Origin: Camelus dromedarius
Lineage: Eukaryota
Assembly: GCF_036321535.1 (NCBI RefSeq)
Contig: NC_087455.1
Span: forward strand, 558,001 to 622,000
Reading direction: 5' to 3'
Length of the DNA stretch: 64,000 nucleotides
Shown here: positions 1 through 13,200 of the stretch, piece after piece
How the letters are laid out: each line of letters begins with the position of its first letter
How positions within the stretch are numbered: position 1 is the first letter of the stretch
The notes under the pieces: generated by a model
The model's database searches: none
What the model was told of the DNA's origin: nothing
The model's input: only the letters and a program-made list of their open reading frames with translations
Translations under genes and position numbers: made by a program

Positions 1-1292
1 GGACGGAGGGCTCTTCTCAGGACCACACGTGGAGCTGAACTTTAAATGGCGTACGTTTTCTGTACGTGTGACAGGCTCAAAAATGACAAAACACGATGAT
101 CTCCATGTCCTGACACTGTAAGTCCCCGACGCACTGGAGAGTGAAAAAGTGCATTTTCAACTACATCACCCGGCTAAGGAAACAATCTGTTCTCTGCACG
201 TTGACACTGACACGCACGTCAGTGTCCAGAGAAACAACTTAGAGGAAAACGAGAAACATGGGCAAAGAGAGGGGACTTGGGGACGTCACTGCAGCGGGAG
301 CACTCACGGAGGAAAACACACATGTGCGCGTGCGCTCAGCGCCTCTAACTACAGAAACAGCAGGGCAGTGAGACGCCGCCAGCCAGGCTGCCCGGTCCTG
401 TGCCTGCCGAGGGCTCGGTGCCGCCTGCAGGTCCCCCAGGCCTGTCCCTTCACCTCCTCACTGGTGACGGTGGGGGGTGGGGGGTGGACGCCACGGGTAT
501 GGGGAGAGGCTGCTGGGCCTGACTTTCTGTCCTCCCCATCCACGTCAAGCGCCCGGCACAGCCCAGCCCCCAGTATGGTCTTCCCCCCACCCCCACAAGC
601 TGCGGCCTTGTCACCCCTCAAAAGTCATGAGCTGCCCAGCTGTTCCATAAAGTGCCGGACAGAGAAGATTCAGGCTTCCAGGGCCACGCATGGTCTTTCC
701 TGTCCCCTCTGCTTCTACAACTGCACAGACGGCCTCAGCTCTCAGGCTGGGCGTACCCCTGGCCAAGGCTCAGTGCCCCAGACGCACCAAGGAGAACCAG
801 CGCAGGCGTGTGGCGTGCGCGCGCTGACCACTGACCACATGAGCTGTAAAGCAAGAAACCTGAATTCTTCCGTTTCATTGTGAGGAAATCGTCATACATG
901 TGGAAACTGAGGGCCATTCTACAGAACGGCCTCAGCTCATCCCAAAGGTCCGTGTCCAAGAGATTAACTAAGCTGTGTGTCTCTGACCAGACCCCCTGCT
1001 GAGTGGCGGCGAGCAGACCACGGGACAGGCCTGCAAGGCTCCGAGCCGCTGGCCCAGTGGGGACGACCAGGCCCAGAGCAAAGGCGCCACGTCCTAGTGT
1101 CCGCAGCCAGCGTCTGTGATGGACCTGCTGGCAGGCAGAGGAGCCCTACTATTGCAATTTTTCATAAAGTTTGGAATTTTGCAAAATAGAAAGTTGGGAA
1201 CAGTACTTCAAGAGTTCAAGGCACAATGCTCCTTTTCACCTAAGAGATGGCCCATATCTGCGTTCGCGTCTCGGCTCCCCGCAGGCACTCAC

Positions 1293-4200
1293 CGGCCGAG
1301 TAGATGACGTGCCTCAGCACCTGCAGGGTGCCCACGCGGGTCCTCTCGTGGCTAGAGTCCAGCTTGGGCAGCAGGAAGGCCAGCAGGCGGTCAGGTGAGC
1401 AGCAAGCTGCAGGGCAAGTGCTCATCAGAGCTGCTGGTGACAAGCTGTCCTCTCCGTGGGCCACCTGTGCCTCCACACCCTGGCGGCCAGGAGGACAGAC
1501 GCTGGGGGCTGCAGCCCAGCCAGGCCTCAGCGGGCAGAACCCCAGACAACACAAAGGGCCTCCCCCCAACCCCGGCCACTCACCCAGCACCGTGAAGCAG
1601 CGCAACACCTCCTTCTGGTTGTTCATCACCAGCGGGCTGGACGACTCCACAGGCACACACACCTGCCCAGGCACAGAGGGCGGTGGTCACAGGCCAGCCG
1701 GCTGCCTGGGGCCCAGTGGGCTGGAGGGGAGGGCCAGCCCTCTGGAAGATGCTGGGCCCAGACAGACTGGCGGGAGCCCGGCCTTCCACCCCCACCCCCA
1801 CGGCGGGTGCACCACCTCGGCCTCCAACGCTCTCCCCTTCAGGGACCCCCGCCCCCACGCTGTGTCAGGGGAGGGGGCAGCACACACACAGCTGGCCTCC
1901 AAGTCAGCTTAAGGGCAAAGAGCCCGGGCTCCTTCTCCGCTCCCCACCCCAACCCCCGCCCCACCAGCAGCCAGGAGAAGAGACTCCCAGGACACTTCTT
2001 CATGAGGAAGGAGACAGAGTCCCACCCCCTGGGCACTACACTCTTGGGCACACACAGGAACCCACTCATCTCTCGAATACAGACAGGACTAGAAACCAAA
2101 CACCTACATCCATTTGTTCCAAACTGTAACAGAAAAACTTGCACTGAAAAAGCAAGAACAGAGGCTGTTGGCAAATGTGTCTCTGGGCCCCACTGCACCT
2201 CAGCAGGTGACACTCAGGGTGCTGAGCTCTGGGGAGCATCCCAGGCCACACACACCCCTCAAGGGCACAGCTAAGGACACTCATGGGGTCTCCGTACAAA
2301 GGGCTCTAAGGTGACTCTTTGGACAGCCCATCTCACGACCCCCAAAGTGCCCAGCAGCCCCTGGAACCACAGGCTCGCCCTAGCCTGGGCTCTGCCCGTC
2401 CTCATCAGCAGAGAAGGAGCTGAGGGGAATGGGGGCCCAGGCTCTGCTCCAGGTTCCCAGCCAGCTCCTTGCTATTTCCATGGCAAAGACCTAACCTGGT
2501 CCCAGAAGGCACCACCGCTTCCTGCCTGCTCCCTTGGGTCACCTGTCCTGGGGAAGCCAGTGTGTGTTGTGAGGACTCAAGCAGGGCCGGGGAGGAACGG
2601 AGGCCTCCCTCCCACCAGCGGCAGTGAGGGAGCCGCCTTGGAAGCAGACCCTCCCGCCAGGGGAGCCCACATGAGCCTGACCCTGTGAGGGAGACTGAGC
2701 TGGTCCTGGACTCCACAGTGACTTCAAGATAATCAACTGTCCACTGTCCTAAGGTGCTAAGTTGTGCAGTAATTGGTTAAATGGCAACAGATAACTAATG
2801 CAAATGGGGAGTCATCTGGAAAAAAGATAAAACTGGATCCTCATTTACTCTTTCCCTAAAATAAATTCCAGATGGATTAAACAGTAAGAGTATAGGGTGA
2901 AATGGGAGAATCTAAAAACTGATCGTGGAACTTGAAAGCCTTTTCTAAGTAAATAACACAGCCTGAACTAGAGCATAAAAGATGGATAAATGTTGATGTA
3001 GGAATAATTTTTGGGGCCAAAGATCATAAACAGAGCTACAAAGTAAAGGACAAAGTAGGGATAGACATTCATACATACATGACACAAGACTGTAAAAACC
3101 TGCTATAGACCAATATGAAAAAAACCCTAAGATCCAATAGAAAAAGGAAAGATGTGGACAGCTCTAAGAAAAGAAAATACCACATTTTTTCTACCTTCTC
3201 AGCTTTTATGTGTTTATATTTCCCTTTTAAGCCCATTCTCCAGCCCCGCTCTGTCCCACAGACAACAGCTGCTTGTTTTTGGCTTCATGCCGTCATTCCT
3301 ACAGTAAGTGTCACTGTGCTTCATATCTCATTTTTTCTCACTTTCTTCAGAGTTGTAAACTTTTTCTCTGTGGAGATTGTGGGCATCCTTTATTAGATTA
3401 ATTCCCAGACACTTCACAATAAGTTTATGTCCTATTGTTGATGTCATTTTTTTGTACTTTCTCGTGGTCACTACCGGTGGAGGAAAGGGCTGTGGATTTC
3501 TACAGGCTGGTTGGTCACTGGCAACCTTGCTGAACTCAGTGCGAGTGCTTGTGAGCAGGCTCAGTTCACATGAGTGAATTTCTAGATGAGTAACTCAGTC
3601 ATCCTTGAAATAAGTCTTTCGAGTGCTTACAGGTGACACTATTCTAGGCACTGGGACACAGCAGTGCACAGACAAGGCCCCCAGGTCCTGCTGCGCACGT
3701 GCCCGCAGGGGAGGGCAGGGCCGGCCAGTCTGGGAGAAGGGGAAGCAGAGTCGGGGATGGAGGCTAGGTGCTGGCAAAGGTAAATGACAGGTCTGCCCTC
3801 TCTCCTCCCACTTCCTTTCTGTTTGGGGGTTTTGGGGGGGGGTGTTAATTGAAGTATACTTGATGTACAATATTATGTAAGTACAGATTTACAATATAAT
3901 TTTTAAAGGTTATATTCCATTTATAGTTCTTACAAAATTGGCTACATTCCTGCACTGTGCAATCCCTCTTTGCAGCTGATTTTACACCTGACGGTCCGTA
4001 CATCTTAGGTTCCCCCACCCCACCGCTTCTCGGCCCACTGCTGCCGCTCTCCTCACAGGAGCTGCCCCGCTGCCATCAACACCAAGGGCGGCTCCCCCAC
4101 TCTTGACAATGAGGGGCGTGCTGCGTCCCAGTCATTCTGATGAATGCTGAGGGTTTGGCATCTGAACTTCAAGTTAAAGAAGTTCCTTTCCAAGGCTAGT

Positions 4201-7200
4201 TGCTGAGAGTTTTAAGGATAAACAGGTGTCAGACTTCATTAAGAACTTTTTCTGCATCGATTGAGATCAGAGAATATTCTCCCTAATCTGTTTCTGTGAT
4301 GAAGGCAGCTAACCAGCCCCCATCCCTGGCAGGGCCAGCGCCCCAGTGGTGGGGGTACGCTGTGGGTCAGTCAGCTTCACCATGTGCCAGGGCCCAACGT
4401 CTGTCCTCGTAATTGTTCTCACACCTTCTTGGACGGGTTCTGACTTGGGTTTGGAATCAAGACTAGCCTCACATAATCAGTCAGGCAGCTCTGGGTCTTT
4501 TTCTAACTTCCAAGCCCACCTGCATGGGACAGAAATTAGCTGTTCCTCGGAAGTCTGGTAGAACTCAACCTTAAAGCCACGTGGGTCCTGGGTTTGTTCT
4601 AAGGAAGGTAGGTCTTGGAATGTTGTTTCCATTTCTTTATTGGTTTAGTCAAGTTTTCTATTTCTTCACTGCCAATGTTGACATTTAAAATTTTTTTCTA
4701 GGAGTCTATCCATTTCGTACAATTATTCGAGTTCATTGCCACTGCTCACCGCACTTAAATTACTGTTTAATCTCTCTACTGGAGGCCTCCCCCAGCCCCT
4801 CGCTGGGACCAAGAGTAGGGGCGCAGTCTGTGTGTGCAGCAGGTGAGGGCTGGGCCAGGGGTCTGTGGGGCCAGGCTGGCATCCCAGCTGGTGCGGGAGG
4901 AGCCACAGGCCCAGAGATGGGGGAGTGAGGGGCGCCCAGGAGTCAGCCCGGCCCCTGCAGAGCCGCCTGCTCTCGCTCCCATAGGTTTTCTGCTCTCCTT
5001 CTCCCTCAGAAAGTTCCCTGGACTGAATGCACGTCCCCACTGCTCAGCCCACAGCCCACCAACGGCAGAGTAACCCCGCTTCCCCGCACAGTTCCCTCCA
5101 CCTGACCTCCATGCCTCTCATCTGACCGGAAGGGCATTGGTTTGCAGGGCTGAGGGGCCTCCTCCAAGCTCTTTCTCTGGTAGAGCCTTCAGGACCCTCC
5201 CCTCGCCAGGTCCTGCTCATGACCACCTGGGCCTCTCCTCTGCTCTGCCTGTGCTCGGGCTCTCGGGACCCACACCCAGTGCAGACGCTGCCCCTGCCCT
5301 GCTGGCGGCCTGCTCCTGCCCCCAGCAGGCCTGGGGAGGGGTGTCCTGTGTCACACTGCACGAGCCAGCATGGAGCAGACAAGGTGGCGGCATCGCCGAG
5401 AGCTGCACCCACCTCAGCCCCATCTGGCTGGACCAGCCCTCAGCACCACCCTGGGGTCCACACTGGCCCGCCCCCAGCCCACCTGAGTGTGCAGAGCGGC
5501 CAGGAGAATGTCGAGCTGGACCTCCAGTGTGCGGCTGCCCACGCTCACGGCTGCCTCGAGGATCTGGCCCAGGCTCTGCTCGTGGCATGGAGGAGAGGGG
5601 CTGTCAGTCCCCCTCAGGCCCCAGCCCCACCCGGGCTGACTGTGGGACCCTCCCAGAGTACACCCCACCTTGGGGCTTAAATAAGAAAGCCCTACCTCTG
5701 CACCTAGAATTCGGAGGAGAGGGGAGGGATCAGGAAAGGGGCCCCAGGAGGCCAAGTGGTCCCAGCTCACAGGCTCCCATCCAGTGCAGGGTGGTAGGGA
5801 GGAATGTGACCCCCTCAGGGCTGCCCCCACCTGGTGTGCCAGGCTCCCCGCACCTTGGACACGTGCACGGTCTCAGCATGCTTCTTGTAGAGGGCGAGGA
5901 CTCCAGGCAGGAGCTTGGGGAGCTGCTCCTCCAGCTTCGCGCTGGGCAGCAGGTGGCTCATGGGCCCCAGGGCCTCCACCACAGCCAGTCGCAGCTGAGG
6001 GGACAGTGACAGGTGTTCACGTCCAAACCACGGTGGCACGTGTGACCCGTGTGAAGTCATCACACCCAGGCCCTCCCCCAGGGAGCACTGGGGCCCTGGG
6101 GAAGGGGAGGCTTCAGAAAACAAGCCCTGCTCTGTGGGGACCTGCAGGTAGACTCCCGAGCAGGCCATACCTTGGCTTCTCGGCTCGGCAGCCAGTGGTG
6201 AAAGAGGATGTCATAGGCACTGAAGATATCGGCAGCGAAGGTGTCCTTCCTGACCGTGGGGTCCGGGGCTTGGTCCAGGTTGGCCAGATACTCCAGGGTG
6301 CTCTCGCTGAAGTGCTGCAGAGCTGCAGGGACCCCAGTGGTGCGTGCTGCACAGGCTGGCAGGCAGCACCTACTTCTGCATCACTGCACCTTCTAAAGCC
6401 CCCGACGGCCCACGGGATGCCAAGCTTGGGACTACAGAACTGTGCTGGGGTGAAGAGTCCCCCAGACTCACGCCTTCCCCAGAACCTCAGAACGCGGCTT
6501 TTGGAAATACAGTCTTTGCAGATGCCGTTAGTTAAGATGAGGTCGCCGCTGGGTAGGGTGAGACCTAAACCCGACACAACTGTATCCTTAGAGAGACAGA
6601 CACACGGTGCGGAGGAGCAGACACCGAGGCGATGCAGCCTTGAGCCCAGAAACCGAGGGTCACCGCCACCTCCAGATGCCGGGGAGCCTGGAAGGGCTCT
6701 CCCCAGAGCTGCAGAGGGCACACGGCCCTGTCACCCCCTACTCGTGGAATCCTGGCCTCCTGAGCTGTAGAGAATACGTTACTATTGTTTTAAGCCCCCT
6801 AGTTTGTGGTACTTTGTTACGACGGCCCTAGGAAACCAGTACAGGTACCAACCTCCCCAAAACGCCCTCAGGCACTCACCCAGCCCGCCAGTCTGCTGTA
6901 AGGCAGAAGGGGCTGTGCCCACCTCCCCCTGACAGACACACAGGCCACATGCTCCCCAAGGGCTGCTGTGCAGGCAGGCGTGGGCCCCCAGTACCTGCGT
7001 GGAAGGAAGACTGGGTGCCAGGGAAGGGGAAGGGTACTGAGGTGAAATGGGGGGGGGTCCCCGAGACAGCGAGCTTCAGAGCCGGGCCTCCGGAGGCCAG
7101 AGCCCAGCGCCAGGCAGGGCCAAGCCATGAGGCCGCCTCAGGGCGACCCCAGGGACTACAGATCTGCGGGACGGGCCCACTCGCCAGCCCACGCACCTCT

Positions 7201-10200
7201 AACCCAGCCTACTCGTCAGGCGAATTTCTCAGCATGGGTTTCGCAGTCTAACAGGAAGAATAAACCCTAAGCCTCCGTCTACAGAAGGGCAACCATGTCA
7301 CAAGTGCTCAAGAGAGAACTTAAAGACATTTTGGAAAAAAACTACTCCTGGAGCCCATGGCCGAGGGTTTGTGTCTTCGGTCGTCCTCTCACTGAGGATG
7401 GGGCCTTAGAGGGTCTGGTCTGGGGGGCTCTGGTCCCCTTGCCACTCAGCTGCTAAAATCTCGGCTGCAGGTGCCCCCACCCCGCAACCCTGGTCTGCCC
7501 TACTCTTTTGCCTCCTTAAGCTGTTCGGTCAGGCTGTTGGTCAAACTGACCAGGGCTTCTAGGTATTTTGCATAGAAAGTTCTTTCAGGATAATGGGCCA
7601 CTTTATGTCCAGAAGCAGAAACCCACCCCTGAATTTGTTACTAGGCTTGAGTTCTTAATCAGTTCCACACACACACAGTTTCCCTTCCTTCAGGAGCGAA
7701 CACTCAGTTTGGCTTTCTCTGGACAGCTAACGCATGTGCACTGTTTCTCACTCCCCACAAAGCCAGGGCCAGCTCCTTCCGGCCAGCCTTCTGGGCCCCT
7801 GCCACTTGGAGCCCACCCACTCACTCCAGTGCCGCTTTGTTTCCAGACTTAATAATGGTCTGGGGTGCGAGTCTCCCGTATTCTCCAGGCACAAGTCACT
7901 AATGCAACCTCCTCAGCTCTTGCCACACATCCTGGGGCTCCCTTGGCCACGCCACGTGGGGCCACACCCTTCCTGATCCTTGCTTCTCAGAAAAAAGTCT
8001 CTTCCATCCTTCAGCTCAAGCACCATCTGGACTGGACTCGGACCCTCAGCCGGCTTCCACCAGGGCCTTCTGGCACCCTCCCTGGAGTTGGGAAGAAGCC
8101 AAGGCCATCCTATTCCCTCAGCCTCCTCTTGGACCAGCTCCCCCACCAAAGCCTCCTGGCGTGGCTCCTTGGAGCACCTCTCTACCCGGAGCAGCCGCTG
8201 TTCAGGGCAGATGTGGGGATTATTTATGACCCTCCCGTCTCCACTTTCTCCGTTCGTCTTTTCCAGGCTGTTCTGTTTGAATGCTGGCTTCACGGTCTCG
8301 CCTGCTAATTCTTCTCTCTCTCTCTCCTATTTCCACATTTTTGCTTTGTTTTCTGGAGGATTTCCTCAATTTTCCTCTCCATTTCTGTCTTCCATTTTTG
8401 CTATCATGTTTTTAATTCCCAAAAGCTTGGTTTGGTTCTCTGAGCGCAGCTTCTTCACAGCACCACGCTGTTCCGTGACGGCACCCTCTCTTACCTCCCT
8501 CAGTGTGTTAGAACAGTTTCTTTCCTGCCTATTTTCTTCTCTCTAAACCGTCTGCTTCCCCCAAGTCTCGGTTTCTGTTTACTTTGCTACCGCCTATCCC
8601 GTCAGAGACTTTCCTTGTGGGCAGTAACTTTTGGTTGCCGGTCAGTGCTAGAGAGTGTGGCCAGGCCATGCATGACCCTGCTGCCTGGGACGTGTCGACA
8701 CCGTCGCTGGGGCCTCCCTGCAGCTCTTCTCCTGCCTGGCCGCAGCGTCCCGCAAACTGGACAAGGTCCTCCGAGTGTGCCCGTGCCACTGCCCACCTGT
8801 GCCTCCTTCCTGCAGTGGGCACAGATCTGCCCAGAACCAGAGGCTGCCTGCGAGGACCAGAGGCCTCAGCCCTCTCCCGGCCCACGCGGGCCGCCGCCGG
8901 GCTGATGTGGACTCTCCTGGCCTGCCTGAGGCCATTCCATGGTCTTTCCTCCAACTGCAGACACTGAATTCCCATCTGTGGCGAGGAGTGCACCTCAGTA
9001 GGAGGGCGGCAGAGACAGAGTGCCTGCTGGCCCCTCCCACCTACACAAACACCAACAGGGTAGAAACTGCAGGAACTTTAGGCCTGTGAAGGGAAGGGCA
9101 CGAAGAGTTCAGAACTGCATGTCCGCTTTCCACACAGCGCTCAGCGCTTCCCAGGAGCGCTGCCAATGCTTCTCGGGGGAGCTGTCCAGGGCACACAGCT
9201 CCACGGCTCCACGCAGGCTCTTCCACCACCACCAGCCTGGATGCTCGCTGTCCGAGGCTGGTCTCCGCCCCCACCCGCCCCTGCTCCCTTACCCTGTTTT
9301 CAGCGCACCTAAGGTACACACCCCGCCCAGACCCACAGCTCTGCCTGGGTCCCTTCCGCGTCCTGCTCCTGCGTTCCCAGCTCAGCAGTAATTCCTGGCA
9401 CAGCTGCTTGGAGATCCTGTCGCAAATTCCCTTTTTAGCCAAAACTAGGTCAAAGAGGGTTTCCATCATTCAATCCAAGCACCTGCCATCACCCACAGGT
9501 GGGAGGAGCCAGCAAGAGGAAGGCACCAAAGAGGCCACAGCAGGGAATAGAGAATGGAGGACATGGGGACTATGCAGAGGGCTGGCAGGAGCTGGAGCCC
9601 TTCCCTGGGCCCCTGAGAGCCACCAGGAACAGGGTGGGCTGGAGCCCAAAGAGCTAGGCCCCTGCTAGGAAAGTCCCCAGGTGTGCAAAGGATGGACAGC
9701 TTCCCTGGGACCCCTCCTCAAACACACCAACCCTCCAACCCTCCACCTGACTACAGAGCCCCCCAGCCCCACCCCAATCCCACCCCAATCCCACCCCACC
9801 TCCTGCCCGCCGCAGCCACACCCTCTCGTTGTAACCACACCCGACCACGCCCCTGCCGAGTGTAACCAAGCCTCCTCCACATTCCCCCTGGCCTGGTTGC
9901 CTAGGGCGGAAGCCCAGGACCTCCTAACAGGCTGGGCTTGGGATCAACAAGGCTCCTGTCCTCGTGGGAGCCTCCCCCTCCCACCCCGCAGTACCAGCCA
10001 GCGGTCTTCCTGAGATGGGCGGGGACACTGGGGACACCAGGAAGTCGACGGACAAGGGCAGTGTGGTGGCTGCTGGAGGAGGCCCAGGCCCCTCAGCCCC
10101 CAGTTTCAGGATCCTCTATTCCCCTCTCACAAGAGCCCCCTCTTCCCATGAAGCGCCATGCCATGAGGCACCACCCCCTGCCCAGGCACACAGAGAGCCA

Positions 10201-13200
10201 CACATACAGAGGGTGAGACAGAGCACTCTGCGCCAAAATGCCCAGGGAAAGGTCACTTTTCCAGGACGGAGCAGGGGGAGGACTGAGAGCAGCTTCAGCG
10301 TGGGGCAAGCCTCTTCCGCACCCCCAGTCAAGTGTCCAGGCCTCAGAGGACTGCAGTGTGAGGTCTGCATGGGGGGGTGGGGGGAACCCAGCAGCAGAGA
10401 AAAGCAGTCAGAGGGCAGAGGCCAGGCCTCTACCTGCAGCAGTGCCCACCCAGCCCCGCCTGCAGTCACCCTTCCCCTGAATGTCCCACCCTCCTCCTAC
10501 AGCCCAAAGGACCCACGCGCCCCAGAGGGGCACTGGAGACAGAAGGCCCAGGAGTGGCCCAGCAGTGCGCAGCCCCTGCCCCGCAGAGACCCCGTCTTAC
10601 CGGAGCAGAACACCACCCTCATGGTGTCGTGCTTGGCGGCGCCCAGCATGGGCAGCATGGTGCTCAGGACGGACGTCAGGAAGGGCACCATGCCGAACAC
10701 TGCAAGACAGGTGCGTCAGGAAGAGGCAGAGGGCCCTGCCACGTGCCAGGACCGCTCTCTGCACAGCCTGGGGCTCATGACAGAACTGTGGGGGCATGGG
10801 GTGCCATCGGGGCTCTTGGAGGGCCCCTCGACTGGCTGGGGGTGGGTATCGAGCTGCCACCTACCATTGGAAACTGAGAGGCTGGCGAGCGTCTGCACAA
10901 CGAAGTAGTGGGGCAGGACCCCGGGCTGGAACTTGCTCAGCAGCTCCTCCATCACCCTGCCGATGAACCGCTTCCCCACCGCCACGAGGACACTGCTGGC
11001 CGCCTGCTGCCAGTCGTAGACCAATTCCTGCCCCCCAAAAACCTGAACTGACACCCTGACCCAAGCAGGCAGTACCTCACCCTGAAGTCGCCCAAGAGGC
11101 AACCCTGAACCACTCTGCCCTTGGTCACATCAGAGAACACGCTGCCTCTTCTCCGGGCTGCAGCGCTGGCCCCACGCAGAGCCAACTCGCCCTCAAACAG
11201 CAGAGCCGGGCACAGGTGCCTCTGTGCCCTGGGAGTTTAAGAGTTTTGCTCTCTGTTTCCATCTGAAATTGTGGGTTGACCCTCCTCACCCCAGAGGGGT
11301 AGTCAGTACACAGGACCGAGGGGCCAGTGCTGAAGCTGCCAGACAAACACACTCCTGACGCACTTGGGTGGAAAGGCCTCGGAAAGAGGATTCCTGCCCG
11401 AGCCAGGGCGAGCCAGCCAGGCCAGCGCAGGTGCCCCTCATACCTTCACTCTGGTCATCTCGCCGGAAGCCAGGAGGATGACAGCCCTGGCCGTGTCCTT
11501 GTCCAGCTCACTGAGGTGATTGTTCACCACCGTCTCCATGGCCCTCAGGATCATTGCCCGGTACGGATGCGCAAGCTGAGGAGAGAAACCGGCGGGGAAG
11601 GAGGGGGCCTTGCTTGTCTCTCACAGCCCGTCCTCCAGCTTAGGAAGGAGTGCGGGCCTTCTGAGACTTCAGGCCCCACCTCCTGGGTGAACCTGCCACC
11701 AGCCAGTGCGCCCCAGCCCTGACACAGCCCCTCCTCGGCCCCTCCTGCTGTATCCGGCCCTGCGTGCCTCCTCTGTGCACTTCACCCTGATGACACCGCA
11801 AGGACAGAAGACCCAGAGGTGAGCAGAGCCCAGCCAAGGGAAGGGCTCTGTCCACCCCGAGTCCTAGGGCATCACAGGGCTGGGAGGTGAGGGCAGGAAG
11901 TGCTCAGGGAGCCACGAAAGACTGAGACCGGCCTCTCCCTGAGGACCCCACCACTCCCAGAGCCCCCAGGCAGGGGTGCAGACAAAGCGGGCAGTCTCAG
12001 TGCAGTGGGAGGGGCCGGGCCGCCCGGGACAGCACAGAGCCCGTGCGGCAGGAGGAAGAAAGGCAAGAGGGAGCCACTCAGGCCAGCTGCTCCCTGCAGC
12101 TACTCAGGCTGAGGAAGGGGTGCTAGTGACCCTGGGGCAGGAGCCCCTCCCCAATAGCACACCCCCATCCCTCCTGCAGAGCAGCCTGCACTGGGTGCAG
12201 CCCACGGGGGAGAGCGGGGAGGGCAGGAGTGTGCCAGCACCGGCCCCCACAGGAGATACGGCCTCGGCGCCGCTCGGTGAGGGAAGCCTCGGAGGACGTC
12301 CAGGTACTGCTCAGACGGAGTGGACGACCCCTCGGCCTGGGCACGCAGCCAGCTGCTCAGAGCTGCCGTGTGGGTGCAGGGAGTCCCAGACACACCCCGC
12401 ACCACACTGCTGGGCTCGCTCGGCCGGGCATGTCTGTTTCGAGACACATCGGCTGAGTGGGTTGCACAGACACTCATGCCAGGCCACCAGTGGACATGAC
12501 ATTTGTTCCTGAGAAAAGCCAGCGTGGAGCACCCACACCCCTGGGTAGACCAGCAGTTCACACGGAAATGGCCATCGTTTTCTGGGGGAAGCTCCAATTT
12601 TCAGTTTTCTCTTCTCAGTATCAAACTCTCCAATGTCCTGTGGGGTGGCAAGTCTTGGTGGCAGCAGTGATGGCCACACTGCGTTGGTACTGGCCACTCC
12701 AGTTGTAAGCAAGCTCTTCCCTTTCCTTTCAGGCTTCAGCAAGCAGGCCTGCCTGCGTTTAAGTTCTAAATTTGGTAATAAATCATTATTTCAGATTGTA
12801 GTAATTTGGCACTCTTCCCAGGTGGGATATGAGGTTTTTGGGGGGAGTCTGCCCTGCCCGGCGGGGCTAAGCTGCCTCACTGGAAGTCACTGAGTGGCAA
12901 GCTGGACACAGGAGGCACTTTTTCTTTGGGGAGTGAGAGAATCTGGGGAAGGTGGGAGTGACTGTAAATGGTACAATTCCACTGAATCAAAATCCCTGCT
13001 AAGTTGGGAAGAACAGCTCTGAAAAGCAGCCGGAACACTGACCCTACGTGATTGGGACTCATCACTCCTTTCTTGTCGCTTTGCTCTTTGGCTCCTGGTC
13101 TTGGAAATACACATCACAGTGTATTAGGTACCCATTTTTAGCTGCTTTTATTTCCTCTTCTCGTATATGAAGATGTTTGGGTGGGATCTTTGCTTTTTTC

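Noticed and set aside
7500-9400. ORFs such as 7865-8308 (..LLLDQLPHQSLLAWLL..)
   Set aside because: No splice-bounded exon or known homology. The T-rich text (ttttgctttgttttctggaggatttcctcaattt) resembles decayed HAL1/L1; family assignment too uncertain to list as a feature.
9964-10908. 314-aa plus-strand ORF
   Set aside because: Antisense to MROH1 exons in GC-rich DNA; composition not protein-like.
11900-12520. CpG-containing GC-rich patch with 160-180 aa ORFs in a MROH1 intron
   Set aside because: The MROH1 exon chain is complete without it; ORFs on both strands are non-ATG and unrecognisable.
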